A stretch of DNA of 64,000 nt. It comes from an uncultured Eubacteriales bacterium (GTDB taxonomy: Bacteria; Bacillota; Clostridia; Oscillospirales; Acutalibacteraceae). Made by a program: the position numbers and the translations under genes. Below, in pieces: positions 46,925 to 55,306 of the stretch (position 1 is its first letter; the number at the start of each line of letters is the position of its first letter). Below the pieces are notes generated by a model. That model was given only the letters and a program-made list of their open reading frames with translations, ran no database searches and was not told the origin of the DNA. The stretch spans positions 109,623-173,622 of the forward strand of contig CAKSHM010000006.1 in assembly GCA_934457415.1 (NCBI GenBank), written 5' to 3'.

Positions 46925-47905
46925 TTATCTGTCTTCTCTGAAATATGAGAGACCGAGAGCCTGCGGAGGCTGATTTTCACGCTTTTTACGGATACTAACA
47001 ACTATAAGAACAATAATTGTTACGACATAGGGGAGCATCTGAATAATCGGAATCATCTGCATAGGAACATTTATATAGTTAAAGAGAATGTAAAGCGCTC
47101 CGAACAGATAAGAGCCGACGATTGCGAGCGAAGGCTTCCAAGTGGCAAAAATCACTATCGCGATAGACAGCCAGCCTCGGTCGCCGAAGCCGTTATTCGA
47201 CCAAATTCCGTTTGAATAGTCCATAACATAAAACAGTCCGCCGAGACCTGCAATCATTCCGCCGAGCGTTGTTGCGAAATACTTATATTTTGTAACATTG
47301 ATACCCGCGGCGTCCGCAGTGGCAGGATTTTCACCGACTGCGCGCAAATTCAGTCCGTGTCTTGTCTTTTTAAGGAATACCGCAACTATGACCGCGAGAA
47401 TTACCGCAAGATAAACCATAAATCCGTACGAGAAGAAGAGCTTGCCCACATCTCCCGTATTTTCCGCGAAAGGAAGAGTTGTTTTAAAGGCTCTTGCAAT
47501 TTCAACAAGCGAAAGATAAGGTACATCGCTTTTTATAATCTTTATAAGCGAGCCGCCGAAAAAATTTCCGCAGCCGATACCGAAGGTTGTTATCGCAAGA
47601 CCCGTTACATTCTGATTTGCTCTCAATGTTACGGTCAAAAAGCAATAGAGGAGCGAAACGAGAAGCGATCCCGCAAGGCAGCAAAGCAGCGGAATAAGTA
47701 CCGCAAAAAACGGAATGACCTCCTCGGTATTGCTTTGATACAGAAATCCGCCGACAACTCCCGAAATAGCGCCGATATACATAATTCCGGGAATTCCCAG
47801 ATTTAAGTTGCCGGATTTTTCGGTAAGAATTTCGCCTGTTGAACCGTAAAGTAAAGGAGTTCCCTGTAAAATAGCCCGCTGAATAAAATTGATTATAGTT
47901 AACAT
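46925..47905 (-). CDS. ABC transporter permease (BMP/nucleoside uptake family, second permease)
   Basis: Polytopic 326 aa, immediately after another permease and the ATPase of a BMP-type system. Confidence 0.8.
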   Translation of the reverse strand: MLTIINFIQRAILQGTPLLYGSTGEILTEKSGNLNLGIPGIMYIGAISGVVGGFLYQSNTEEVIPFFAVLIPLLCCLAGSLLVSLLYCFLTVTLRANQNVTGLAITTFGIGCGNFFGGSLIKIIKSDVPYLSLVEIARAFKTTLPFAENTGDVGKLFFSYGFMVYLAVILAVIVAVFLKKTRHGLNLRAVGENPATADAAGINVTKYKYFATTLGGMIAGLGGLFYVMDYSNGIWSNNGFGDRGWLSIAIVIFATWKPSLAIVGSYLFGALYILFNYINVPMQMIPIIQMLPYVVTIIVLIVVSIRKKRENQPPQALGLSYFREDR

Positions 47906-48999
47906 CAGTTTCCCTCCTTTTTACGGTGGCTGAAATTGATTTTATAGTTGATAAAGAATTCGCAGCCGATTATGAAGAAGAGGATAATTCCCGTAAGTAT
48001 ATCGGAAAAATCGCCGTTTAAGCCGAAGTTCGAGGTTACCTCGTCGGCCCCGCGTCCCAAGAACACCAACAAAAGAGTGGTAAGAATCATGGTAAACGGA
48101 TTGAATTTACCGAGCCATGAAACCATAATCGCGGTAAATCCTCTGCCGTCAACAAGATTTGAATCTATAGAATGTGAAGAGCCGCCTACGAGAAGAAGTC
48201 CTGCAATTCCGCAGACAGCACCCGAAACGAGCATTGTGCGGATAATAACCTTTTTAACGTTTATTCCTATATATCTTGCGGTGTTTTCGCTTTCTCCGAC
48301 AACCGAAATCTCATATCCGTGCTTACTGTATTTAAGGTAAATATACATTAAAACAGTAATTATTGCTACGATTACGATATTAAGCAGATACTTAACACCG
48401 AAAAGATTCGGCAGCCAGCCGTGCTTTAAAAGATCGGGGCCCACAACATTTGAGCCGCTCTTATCCGCAATTTTAAGAAAATATTCAACAAGCTGAATCG
48501 CAACATAGTTCATCATAAGAGTAAACAATGTTTCATTTGTTTTCCACTCTGCCTTGAATATTGCGGGGATTACGCCCCAAAGCATTCCCGAAAATACGGC
48601 ACAGATTATCATAATTATAATAAGCGCCCAGTTAGGAATCTTTCCGCCGAGACAGAACATACAAACGGCGGTTGAAAGACAGCCAATAAGAACCTGTCCC
48701 TCAGCACCGGTATTCCAGAATTTCATTCTGAATGCCGGAGTTACCGCAAGAGATATGCAAAGCAGTATTGCGATATCGTGGATAGTAACAAGCATTCTGC
48801 CCTTACCGAAAGCGCCGTGGAAAATTGTTTTAAAAATCGAGATTGGATTATCGCCGGTTAAAACCTTGGTTACTATTCCGCAAACCACGAGCGCAATAAA
48901 TATAGCGACAACACGGACAAGAATACGCGAGCTCAGCGGAACATTATCTTTTTTTGAAATGTAAGCGAGAGGTTCATGCTTTTTCTTTTCGATTTTCAT
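47905..48999 (-). CDS. ABC transporter permease (BMP/nucleoside uptake family, first permease)
   Basis: Polytopic 364 aa with a WNTGAEGQ motif typical of this family. Confidence 0.8.
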   Translation of the reverse strand: MKIEKKKHEPLAYISKKDNVPLSSRILVRVVAIFIALVVCGIVTKVLTGDNPISIFKTIFHGAFGKGRMLVTIHDIAILLCISLAVTPAFRMKFWNTGAEGQVLIGCLSTAVCMFCLGGKIPNWALIIIMIICAVFSGMLWGVIPAIFKAEWKTNETLFTLMMNYVAIQLVEYFLKIADKSGSNVVGPDLLKHGWLPNLFGVKYLLNIVIVAIITVLMYIYLKYSKHGYEISVVGESENTARYIGINVKKVIIRTMLVSGAVCGIAGLLLVGGSSHSIDSNLVDGRGFTAIMVSWLGKFNPFTMILTTLLLVFLGRGADEVTSNFGLNGDFSDILTGIILFFIIGCEFFINYKINFSHRKKEGN

Positions 49000-50519
49000 T
49001 ATTTATTACCTCCCGATTTAGTCATAAGAAGTCCCAATTCTTCCTTGGTGGCTTCCCTGCCGTCGACAATGCCGGTTATTCTTCCCGAATTGACAACTAT
49101 AATTCTGTCGCAAAGCTCAACTAAAACATCAAGATCCTCTCCCACAAAGATAACGGCTACGCCGTTTTTCTTCTGCTGATTCAAAAGTTTATAAATCATA
49201 TATGAGGAATTTATGTCAAGCCCTCTAACAGGGTATGCCGCCATTAAAACCGTAGGCGACGCGGCAATTTCACGGCCTACAAGCACCTTTTGGACATTGC
49301 CGCCCGAAAGTCTTCTGACAGGGGTGTTCGCATTCGGAGTAACTACCTCCAAATCCTTGATAATATCCTCGGCAAGCTGTTTCGGAGACTGACGGTTTAA
49401 AAACATTGATTTGCCTTTTCTGTAGCTCCTGAGCATCATATTATCGACAATATCCATATTACCGACAAGTCCCATTCCGAGTCTGTCCTCGGGAACGAAA
49501 GAAAGTCTTACGCCAAGCTCTCTTATCTGCATGGGAGTTTTATCCCTTAAGTTTTCTTCCTCACCTGTTTTAGGATTGTTATAAGTTATTTCTCCGCCTG
49601 AAATATGCTGAAGCCCTGCAATTGCTTCTAAAAGCTCTCTCTGACCGCTTCCCGCAATTCCCGCAATTCCGAGTATTTCTCCGCTGTTTGCAGTAAATGT
49701 AATATCGTCAAGCACCTTTACACCGTTTTCATCATAAAGGTCAAGACCCTTAATTTTAAGTCTTTCAACCGAATTTTCCGGTTCTGTTCTGTCAATATTA
49801 AGCGAAACCTTTTTACCTACCATCATTTCGGTAAGCTCGGATTCGTTTGTTTCGGCGGTATTAACGGTATCTATATATTCGCCGCGGCGAAGAATTGCGA
49901 CTCTGTCAGAAACAGAAAGCACTTCGTGCATTTTGTGAGTTATGATAATTATCGACTTTCCGTCGTTTTTCATTCTCTTTAAAATTGCAAAAAGCTTTTC
50001 GGTCTCCTGAGGAGTAAGCACCGCGGTCGGTTCATCCAAAATCAAAATATCGGCGCCGCGATACAGCACCTTTATTATTTCAACAGTCTGTTTTTCCGAA
50101 ACAGACATCTGATAAATCTTTTTCTTGGGGTCGATATCAAATCCGTATTTTTCGGAAATATCGGCAACACGTTTAGCGGCTTCCTTTAAATTGAAGCGCT
50201 TTTTGTCCTCTATCCCGAGAACGATATTTTCCGTAGCATCAAAAACATCTACAAGCTTAAAATGCTGATGAATCATTCCGATTTTTAAATCGAAAGCATC
50301 TTTAGGCGAATTTATAAGAACCTGTTTTCCGTTAACGAATATTTCACCTTCGTCGGGATGGTAAATTCCGGCAATCATATTCATAAGTGTGGTTTTACCG
50401 GAACCGTTTTCTCCGAGTATTGCTAAAATTTCGCCTTTTTTAACAGTAAGATTTATGTTTTTATTTGCAACTATTTTGCTGAATCTTTTTGTAACATTTC
50501 TGATTTCGAGCGCGTTCAC
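48999..50519 (-). CDS. ABC transporter ATP-binding protein with duplicated NBD
   Basis: GENGSGKTT, SVSEKQTVEIIKVL and ILDEPT in the first half, plus a second degenerate NBD. 506 aa. Confidence 0.88.
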   Translation of the reverse strand: MNALEIRNVTKRFSKIVANKNINLTVKKGEILAILGENGSGKTTLMNMIAGIYHPDEGEIFVNGKQVLINSPKDAFDLKIGMIHQHFKLVDVFDATENIVLGIEDKKRFNLKEAAKRVADISEKYGFDIDPKKKIYQMSVSEKQTVEIIKVLYRGADILILDEPTAVLTPQETEKLFAILKRMKNDGKSIIIITHKMHEVLSVSDRVAILRRGEYIDTVNTAETNESELTEMMVGKKVSLNIDRTEPENSVERLKIKGLDLYDENGVKVLDDITFTANSGEILGIAGIAGSGQRELLEAIAGLQHISGGEITYNNPKTGEEENLRDKTPMQIRELGVRLSFVPEDRLGMGLVGNMDIVDNMMLRSYRKGKSMFLNRQSPKQLAEDIIKDLEVVTPNANTPVRRLSGGNVQKVLVGREIAASPTVLMAAYPVRGLDINSSYMIYKLLNQQKKNGVAVIFVGEDLDVLVELCDRIIVVNSGRITGIVDGREATKEELGLLMTKSGGNK

Positions 50520-50598
50520 AAATACCCTCCTTTTTAGTATAAATCAAAACACACAAGGGGAATAATTTCCCCTTGTGCAGAAATTTTAAGAAAGATTA

Positions 50599-51873
50599 TT
50601 ACATCTTTTCGTTAAGGTTTGTGATACCGTCGATAATCATATCAAAATAAGGAGCCGAACGGAATTCCTTAGCATTTGACTCATCGAAATATCCGTCGTG
50701 AATTACATTTGTTTCGCCCTTGAAGTCGCCGTCAATATCAGCAAGATATTCTGTAAGATTCTTGCCGTCCTTAGTGAACTTGCTTGTTTCAAAAACATGA
50801 AGTGTGCCGGCCTTGAAAGCATCAATGGCTTCATTGATCTTTTCTTCTGTTCCCTCAGCGGCAACATCCTGATTAAGACCTGTAAGAACTACAGAGTTTG
50901 TAGCTATATCTCCGCACCAGTCGGCAGCGATAGCCTCGCCCTTAACAGCACACTCAATAATGTACTGGAAATAAGGAGCCCAGTTGATAGCCGAAGAAAT
51001 GATGAATGAATTCTTTCCTGCCGAATATGTGCTTCCGTTGTATGAAACATTCGGAACGCCTGCAAGCTCACAAGCAGTCGGAGCACCGAGAGAGTCGGCA
51101 TGCTGGCTTATAAGAACGCACTTATCTTTTTCGATAAGAGCTGTAGCAGCCTCCTGCTCCTTAGCCTGATCATACCAAGAACCGGTGTAACGAACCTTCA
51201 TAGTAGCGGATTCGCAAACTGAGCGGGCGCCGAGGAAGAATGAAGTCATACCTGAAATAACCTCAGCATAAGTATAAGCACCGACATAACCGATAATAGC
51301 TTCGTCAGCCTTAATTTTTCCGTTTTTAATCATTTCATTGAGCTTCAAACCTGCCGCAATACCTGCAAGATATCTGCCCTCATAGATAGAAGCGAAAGCG
51401 TTGTGGAAGTTAGCAAGACCTGCGAGCTTTGCTGAAGTACCGGTAGCGTGGCAGAACTGAACCTCCGGAAACTCTGCTGCAGCCTGCTTTAAGAAAGACT
51501 CATGTCCGAAAGAATCTGCAAAGATTACCTTACAGCCCTTGTTCTTAGCAAGGTCAACAGCTGTATCATAGCATTTGCTGTCTTCTCCGATGCCGGTTAC
51601 TATTACAACCTGATCGTCCTTAAGACCCATACCCTTCTGAACAGACTTAAGAGCCTGAATGAAGTTGTTGTCGTAAGTTGAGTTTTCATCGTGTAAACAA
51701 ATCATACCGATTTTGAAATCATCCGGAACCGTTACATCCGATTTGATCTCCTGACGGGGAAGGATTTCTGCACCCTCACCCTTCTTCGCGGTCTTGCCTG
51801 AATCCTTACCGCAGCCTGCAAGGCAACCAACAGTAAGAAGTCCGGCGAGAAGAACTGCCAATAACTTTTTCAT
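50599..51873 (-). CDS. BMP-family (PnrA/Med-like) ABC substrate-binding lipoprotein
   Basis: Lipobox LAGCG. BMP-type fold inferred from context and length (424 aa). Confidence 0.75.
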   Translation of the reverse strand: MKKLLAVLLAGLLTVGCLAGCGKDSGKTAKKGEGAEILPRQEIKSDVTVPDDFKIGMICLHDENSTYDNNFIQALKSVQKGMGLKDDQVVIVTGIGEDSKCYDTAVDLAKNKGCKVIFADSFGHESFLKQAAAEFPEVQFCHATGTSAKLAGLANFHNAFASIYEGRYLAGIAAGLKLNEMIKNGKIKADEAIIGYVGAYTYAEVISGMTSFFLGARSVCESATMKVRYTGSWYDQAKEQEAATALIEKDKCVLISQHADSLGAPTACELAGVPNVSYNGSTYSAGKNSFIISSAINWAPYFQYIIECAVKGEAIAADWCGDIATNSVVLTGLNQDVAAEGTEEKINEAIDAFKAGTLHVFETSKFTKDGKNLTEYLADIDGDFKGETNVIHDGYFDESNAKEFRSAPYFDMIIDGITNLNEKM

Positions 51874-51901
51874 TTTTTGTTTTCCCCCAAAATTTTTTAT
51901 A

Positions 51902-51918
51902 TGTAAATTAAATTTACA
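51902..51918. promoter_or_regulatory. Perfect 17-bp palindrome TGTAAATTAAATTTACA upstream of the BMP operon
   Basis: Located between the xpt stop (51926) and the BMP start (51873). AT-only, so not a terminator stem. Confidence 0.3.
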
Positions 51919-51925
51919 CCGATCT

Positions 51926-52501
51926 TTAAATGTCTCTGAAACGAATTCCGCTTTCGCTCATTTCTTCGACAACGGCAAGTGACTCAATCCTTATGCCTTT
52001 TTTTCTCAGTGCGTCTCCTCCGCCCTGAAAACCTTTTTCAATTGCACACGTGCATCCCGCAAGCTTTGCGCCCGATTGATTTACGATATCAATAAGACCC
52101 TCTAAAGCCTTTCCGTTCGCTAAAAAATCATCAACGATTACAATGCAGTCATCCCTTGACAGATATTCCTTAGGGACAATAATATTGTAATCGTTGTTAT
52201 GTGTATATGAATGAACTATTGTTTTATAGACATCTCCGCTTACATTCGCGCTCTTGCCCTTCTTTGCAAAAAGAGCAGGAATATGCATAGCCATACCTGC
52301 CGCAACCGCAAGTGCAATGCCGGAGGCTTCGATTGTTAAAATTTTGGTGACATTACAATCTTTATAAATATTCTTGATTTCCTCGCCGATTTCGCTTAAA
52401 AAGCCAACATCAAGCTGCTGATTTAAAAAAGAACCGACCTTAAGAATATTTCCCGGAAGCACCTTACCCTCTTTGATAATCTTCTCTTCCAAAGTTTTCA
52501 T
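51926..52501 (-). CDS. xpt: Xanthine phosphoribosyltransferase
   Basis: MKTLEEKIIKEGKVLPGNILKVGSFLNQQLD and the PRPP motif VIVDDFLANGKA. Confidence 0.92.
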   Translation of the reverse strand: MKTLEEKIIKEGKVLPGNILKVGSFLNQQLDVGFLSEIGEEIKNIYKDCNVTKILTIEASGIALAVAAGMAMHIPALFAKKGKSANVSGDVYKTIVHSYTHNNDYNIIVPKEYLSRDDCIVIVDDFLANGKALEGLIDIVNQSGAKLAGCTCAIEKGFQGGGDALRKKGIRIESLAVVEEMSESGIRFRDI

Positions 52502-52530
52502 AATGCCGCCTCCCTTAAAATCAAATAAAA

Positions 52531-52560
52531 TAAAAAAACAGACTTAAAATCAAGTCTGCT
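52531..52560 (-). terminator. Intrinsic terminator forming the expression platform of the xpt riboswitch
   Basis: Minus strand reads cagactt-gatttt-aagtctg followed by tttttttatttt, 30 nt upstream of the xpt RBS. Confidence 0.75.
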
Positions 52561-52614
52561 TACCGATATAGAAACAACGCACAACACATATAATATATAT
52601 GCGTATTTTATAAA

Positions 52615-52690
52615 TCAACCAATAGTCGCTGCTGTGGCGCTGCGGTAGAAACATTTGGGCCATTTATCCAAACCTATATCGGGGAGCTAT
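52615..52690 (-). ncRNA. Purine riboswitch aptamer, guanine class (C at the specificity position)
   Basis: Minus strand reads CCGATATAGGTTTGGATAAATGGCCCAAATGTTTCTACCGCAGCGCCACAGCAGCGACTATTGG. It has the conserved J2/3 GTTTCTACC, an L2 with GG, an L3 with CC, and J3/1 ACTAT. It is upstream of xpt. Confidence 0.7.
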
Positions 52691-52705
52691 TAAATTTACA
52701 AGCTT

Positions 52706-52734
52706 ATGGTAACATAATTTTTTCGGTTTGTCAA
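52706..52734 (-). promoter_or_regulatory. Candidate promoter for the riboswitch-xpt transcript
   Basis: Minus strand reads TTGACA (52734-52729), 17 nt, TACCAT (52711-52706). Confidence 0.4.
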
Positions 52735-52808
52735 CCTCGTAAATCCAATTTTGTCAAGTTTAGGTACTTTAAATAATTAAATGTCAGAAAAGCAATTATT
52801 TTTAACAC

Positions 52809-52837
52809 TTGTAATAAGCGGCGGACGGTGCTATAAT
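52809..52837 (+). promoter_or_regulatory. Candidate promoter for sdaAB-sdaAA
   Basis: TTGTAA, 17 nt, then TGcTATAAT (extended -10). Confidence 0.5.
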
Positions 52838-52869
52838 TTTTAAAAAATTATGTAAGAGATGATAATATA

Positions 52870-53535
52870 ATGAGACTTACTGATATACTCGGTCCCGTAA
52901 TGGTAGGACCGTCAAGCAGTCACACTGCGGGTGCGGTTAAAATAGGAAATGTTGCTTTAAAGCTTTTAGGCGAAGCCCCGAAAAAAGCGGAAATATATTT
53001 AAGCGGAAGCTTTGCTCTTACAGGTAAAGGCCACGGAACAGATCTTGCGATTGTCGCTGGACTTTTAGGTTTTAAGCCTGATGATATGAGGATACCCGAA
53101 AGCTTTGAGCTTGCTAAGGAAAACGGGCTTGATTTTTCTTTTTATGTAAAAAACATTAAAAACGCACACCCCAACACCGTTCAGCTGAAGCTCCTCGGAA
53201 CAAGCGGAAGAACAATTGATATTATCGCAGAAAGCATAGGCGGAGGAAGAATTCACATAAGCCATATTGACGGGATAGAGGCTAATTTTTACTGTGAACA
53301 TAACACTCTTATCGTTCATAACCTCGATGTGCCGGGTCATGTCGCCGCAGTATCGGGCGCGCTTACAAACAGAGATATAAACATCGCCACCATGCAGCTT
53401 TACCGCAATGAACACGGCGGATATGCAGTTATGATTTTAGAGTGCGACGAGCCTATACCTCCGGATATTGAAAAATATCTTTCGCATATAAGAGGTATAA
53501 AGAAGATAACCGTATTCAATCAGGAGGAAGCATAA
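52870..53535 (+). CDS. sdaAB: L-serine ammonia-lyase, iron-sulfur-dependent, beta subunit
   Basis: ILGPVMVGPSSSHTAGAVKIG N-terminus and a C-terminal ACT-like domain. Confidence 0.92.
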   Translation: MRLTDILGPVMVGPSSSHTAGAVKIGNVALKLLGEAPKKAEIYLSGSFALTGKGHGTDLAIVAGLLGFKPDDMRIPESFELAKENGLDFSFYVKNIKNAHPNTVQLKLLGTSGRTIDIIAESIGGGRIHISHIDGIEANFYCEHNTLIVHNLDVPGHVAAVSGALTNRDINIATMQLYRNEHGGYAVMILECDEPIPPDIEKYLSHIRGIKKITVFNQEEA

Positions 53536-54401
53536 TGAAAAGCATAACCTCATTATTAAATGATGCAAAAGAACAAAACAAACCGCTTTATCTTATAATC
53601 GCACAAAAGGACTGCTTTGAAAACGGAACGGATTTAAAATCGCTCGATTCGCTGTTTTTAAATTTATGGAAAGAAATGAAAAGCACAGCTAAGCAGTATT
53701 CCCCTGCCGACAGGTCAAAAAGCGGTCTTTCGGGCGGAGATGCTGAAAAGATAAGAAACAGCAAAGTCAAACTCATCGGAGGAAATTATCTTTTAAGAGT
53801 AACCGAAGAGGCGCTTAAAACCGGAGAGTGCAATGCCTGTATGAAAAGAATAGTTGCGGCTCCCACCGCCGGCAGCTGCGGTGTACTGCCCGCAGTTTTA
53901 ATTCCGCTCTGCGAAGAAAAAGAAATCGACGAAAGCCTTATAAAAGAAGCGCTTTACATTGCTGCAGGCTTCGGAGAGGTGACCGCTGACAGAGCAAGCA
54001 TTTCGGGAGCCGAGGGAGGCTGTCAGGCGGAAATAGGGACAGCATCGGCTATGGCTGCGGCAGCGCTCACGCATATTTTAGGCGGAACCGACGAAATGTG
54101 TGCCGAAGCCTTCGCAATGGCATTGTCAAATCTTTTGGGACTTGTCTGCGACCCTGTCGCAGGGCTTGTCGAAATTCCCTGCATAAAAAGAAATGTTATA
54201 GGAGCGGTAAATGCCGTAAGTTCCTGCAATATGGCGCTTGCAGGGATTACGAATATTATTCCCGCAGACGAGGTCATAGACGCAATGGGAGAAATCGGAA
54301 ACAGTCTCCCCTCTTCGCTTAGAGAAACCGGTAACGGCGGACTTGCCTCAACTCCCACCGCGCGGAGCATTACCGAAAAGCTGCACTCTCAAAAATTTTA
54401 A
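53535..54401 (+). CDS. sdaAA: L-serine ammonia-lyase, iron-sulfur-dependent, alpha subunit
   Basis: AAPTAGSCGVLPAV and CDPVAGLVEIPCIKRN motifs. Confidence 0.92.
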   Translation: MKSITSLLNDAKEQNKPLYLIIAQKDCFENGTDLKSLDSLFLNLWKEMKSTAKQYSPADRSKSGLSGGDAEKIRNSKVKLIGGNYLLRVTEEALKTGECNACMKRIVAAPTAGSCGVLPAVLIPLCEEKEIDESLIKEALYIAAGFGEVTADRASISGAEGGCQAEIGTASAMAAAALTHILGGTDEMCAEAFAMALSNLLGLVCDPVAGLVEIPCIKRNVIGAVNAVSSCNMALAGITNIIPADEVIDAMGEIGNSLPSSLRETGNGGLASTPTARSITEKLHSQKF

Positions 54402-54523
54402 CCGAAGCATTGCCGATCATATTATACGCTTCATCAATACCGCAAAATGTGCAGAAGCATTTTCAAGCAGTTAAATATCGGTTTTACTTGAAGTTTTACT
54501 GAAATATGCTAAAATATGATTGG

Positions 54524-54563
54524 AACGGCGACCGTTTAATTTGCAAATTCCGAACGGTCGGAA
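54524..54563. promoter_or_regulatory. Two palindromes sharing a GAACGG core, candidate TetR operators
   Basis: AACGGcgaCCGTT at 54524-54536 and TTCCGAacggTCGGAA at 54548-54563. Both are downstream of a TTGAAG-16 nt-TGcTAAAAT promoter (54488-54515). Confidence 0.4.
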
Positions 54564-54597
54564 CAAGTTGCCGAAAGCTAAGATTTTGGAGGTAAAA

Positions 54598-55152
54598 ATG
54601 TCGCAGGTAACAAAAAGAGCTCTTGAGCAGTCACTGAAAAATCTTCTTCTGAAAAAACCGCTTACAAAGATAACGATAAACGATATTGCCGAGGACTGCG
54701 GCATAAACCGCATGACCTTTTATTATCATTTCAAGGATATTTACGATCTTGTTGAATGGTCATGCCTTGAAGACGCACGAAAAGCGCTTGAGGAAAAGAA
54801 AACTCATGATACTTGGCAGGAGGGTTTCCTTAATATATTTGAGGCTGTGCTTGAAAACAAGCCGTTCATTATGAATGTCTACCGCTGTGTCGACCGCGGA
54901 CAGGTGGAAAAATATCTGAAGCCGCTGACCGACCATATCATTATGGGCGTTATAGAAGAGCAGTCGTCGGGTATCACCGTGCGCGCGGAGGACAAGGAAT
55001 TTATTGCGCGTGTATATTCCTATATATTCATCGGAATTATGCTTGATTGGATAAAAGATGACATGAAAGAGAATCCCAAGCCGATTGTTGATAAGCTCGC
55101 ATTGCTTTTAAAGGACTCTGTTTCCGATGCGCTGGAGCGTTTTAGGCTATGA
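54598..55152 (+). CDS. TetR/AcrR-family transcriptional regulator (DhaS-like subgroup)
   Basis: MSQVTKRALEQSLKNLLLKKPLTKITINDIAEDCGINRMTFYYHFKDIYDLVEW. GGAGG RBS. Confidence 0.85.
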   Translation: MSQVTKRALEQSLKNLLLKKPLTKITINDIAEDCGINRMTFYYHFKDIYDLVEWSCLEDARKALEEKKTHDTWQEGFLNIFEAVLENKPFIMNVYRCVDRGQVEKYLKPLTDHIIMGVIEEQSSGITVRAEDKEFIARVYSYIFIGIMLDWIKDDMKENPKPIVDKLALLLKDSVSDALERFRL

Positions 55153-55200
55153 TACTGAATTTTATCAAAATTCCAATCATGATAAAATTTTTTACACATA

Positions 55201-55235
55201 AGTGCGCTGTGATAAATTATTTATCACAGCGCACT
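55201..55235 (+). terminator. Rho-independent terminator after the TetR gene
   Basis: agtgcgctgtgataaat / atttatcacagcgcact is a 17-bp stem. Confidence 0.8.
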
Positions 55236-55306
55236 TTCTGTTTATTGAAAAAAGACAAAAAGCGGGTATAATATGGACATAAAATAAATTTTCAGGAGGC
55301 TTTTTT

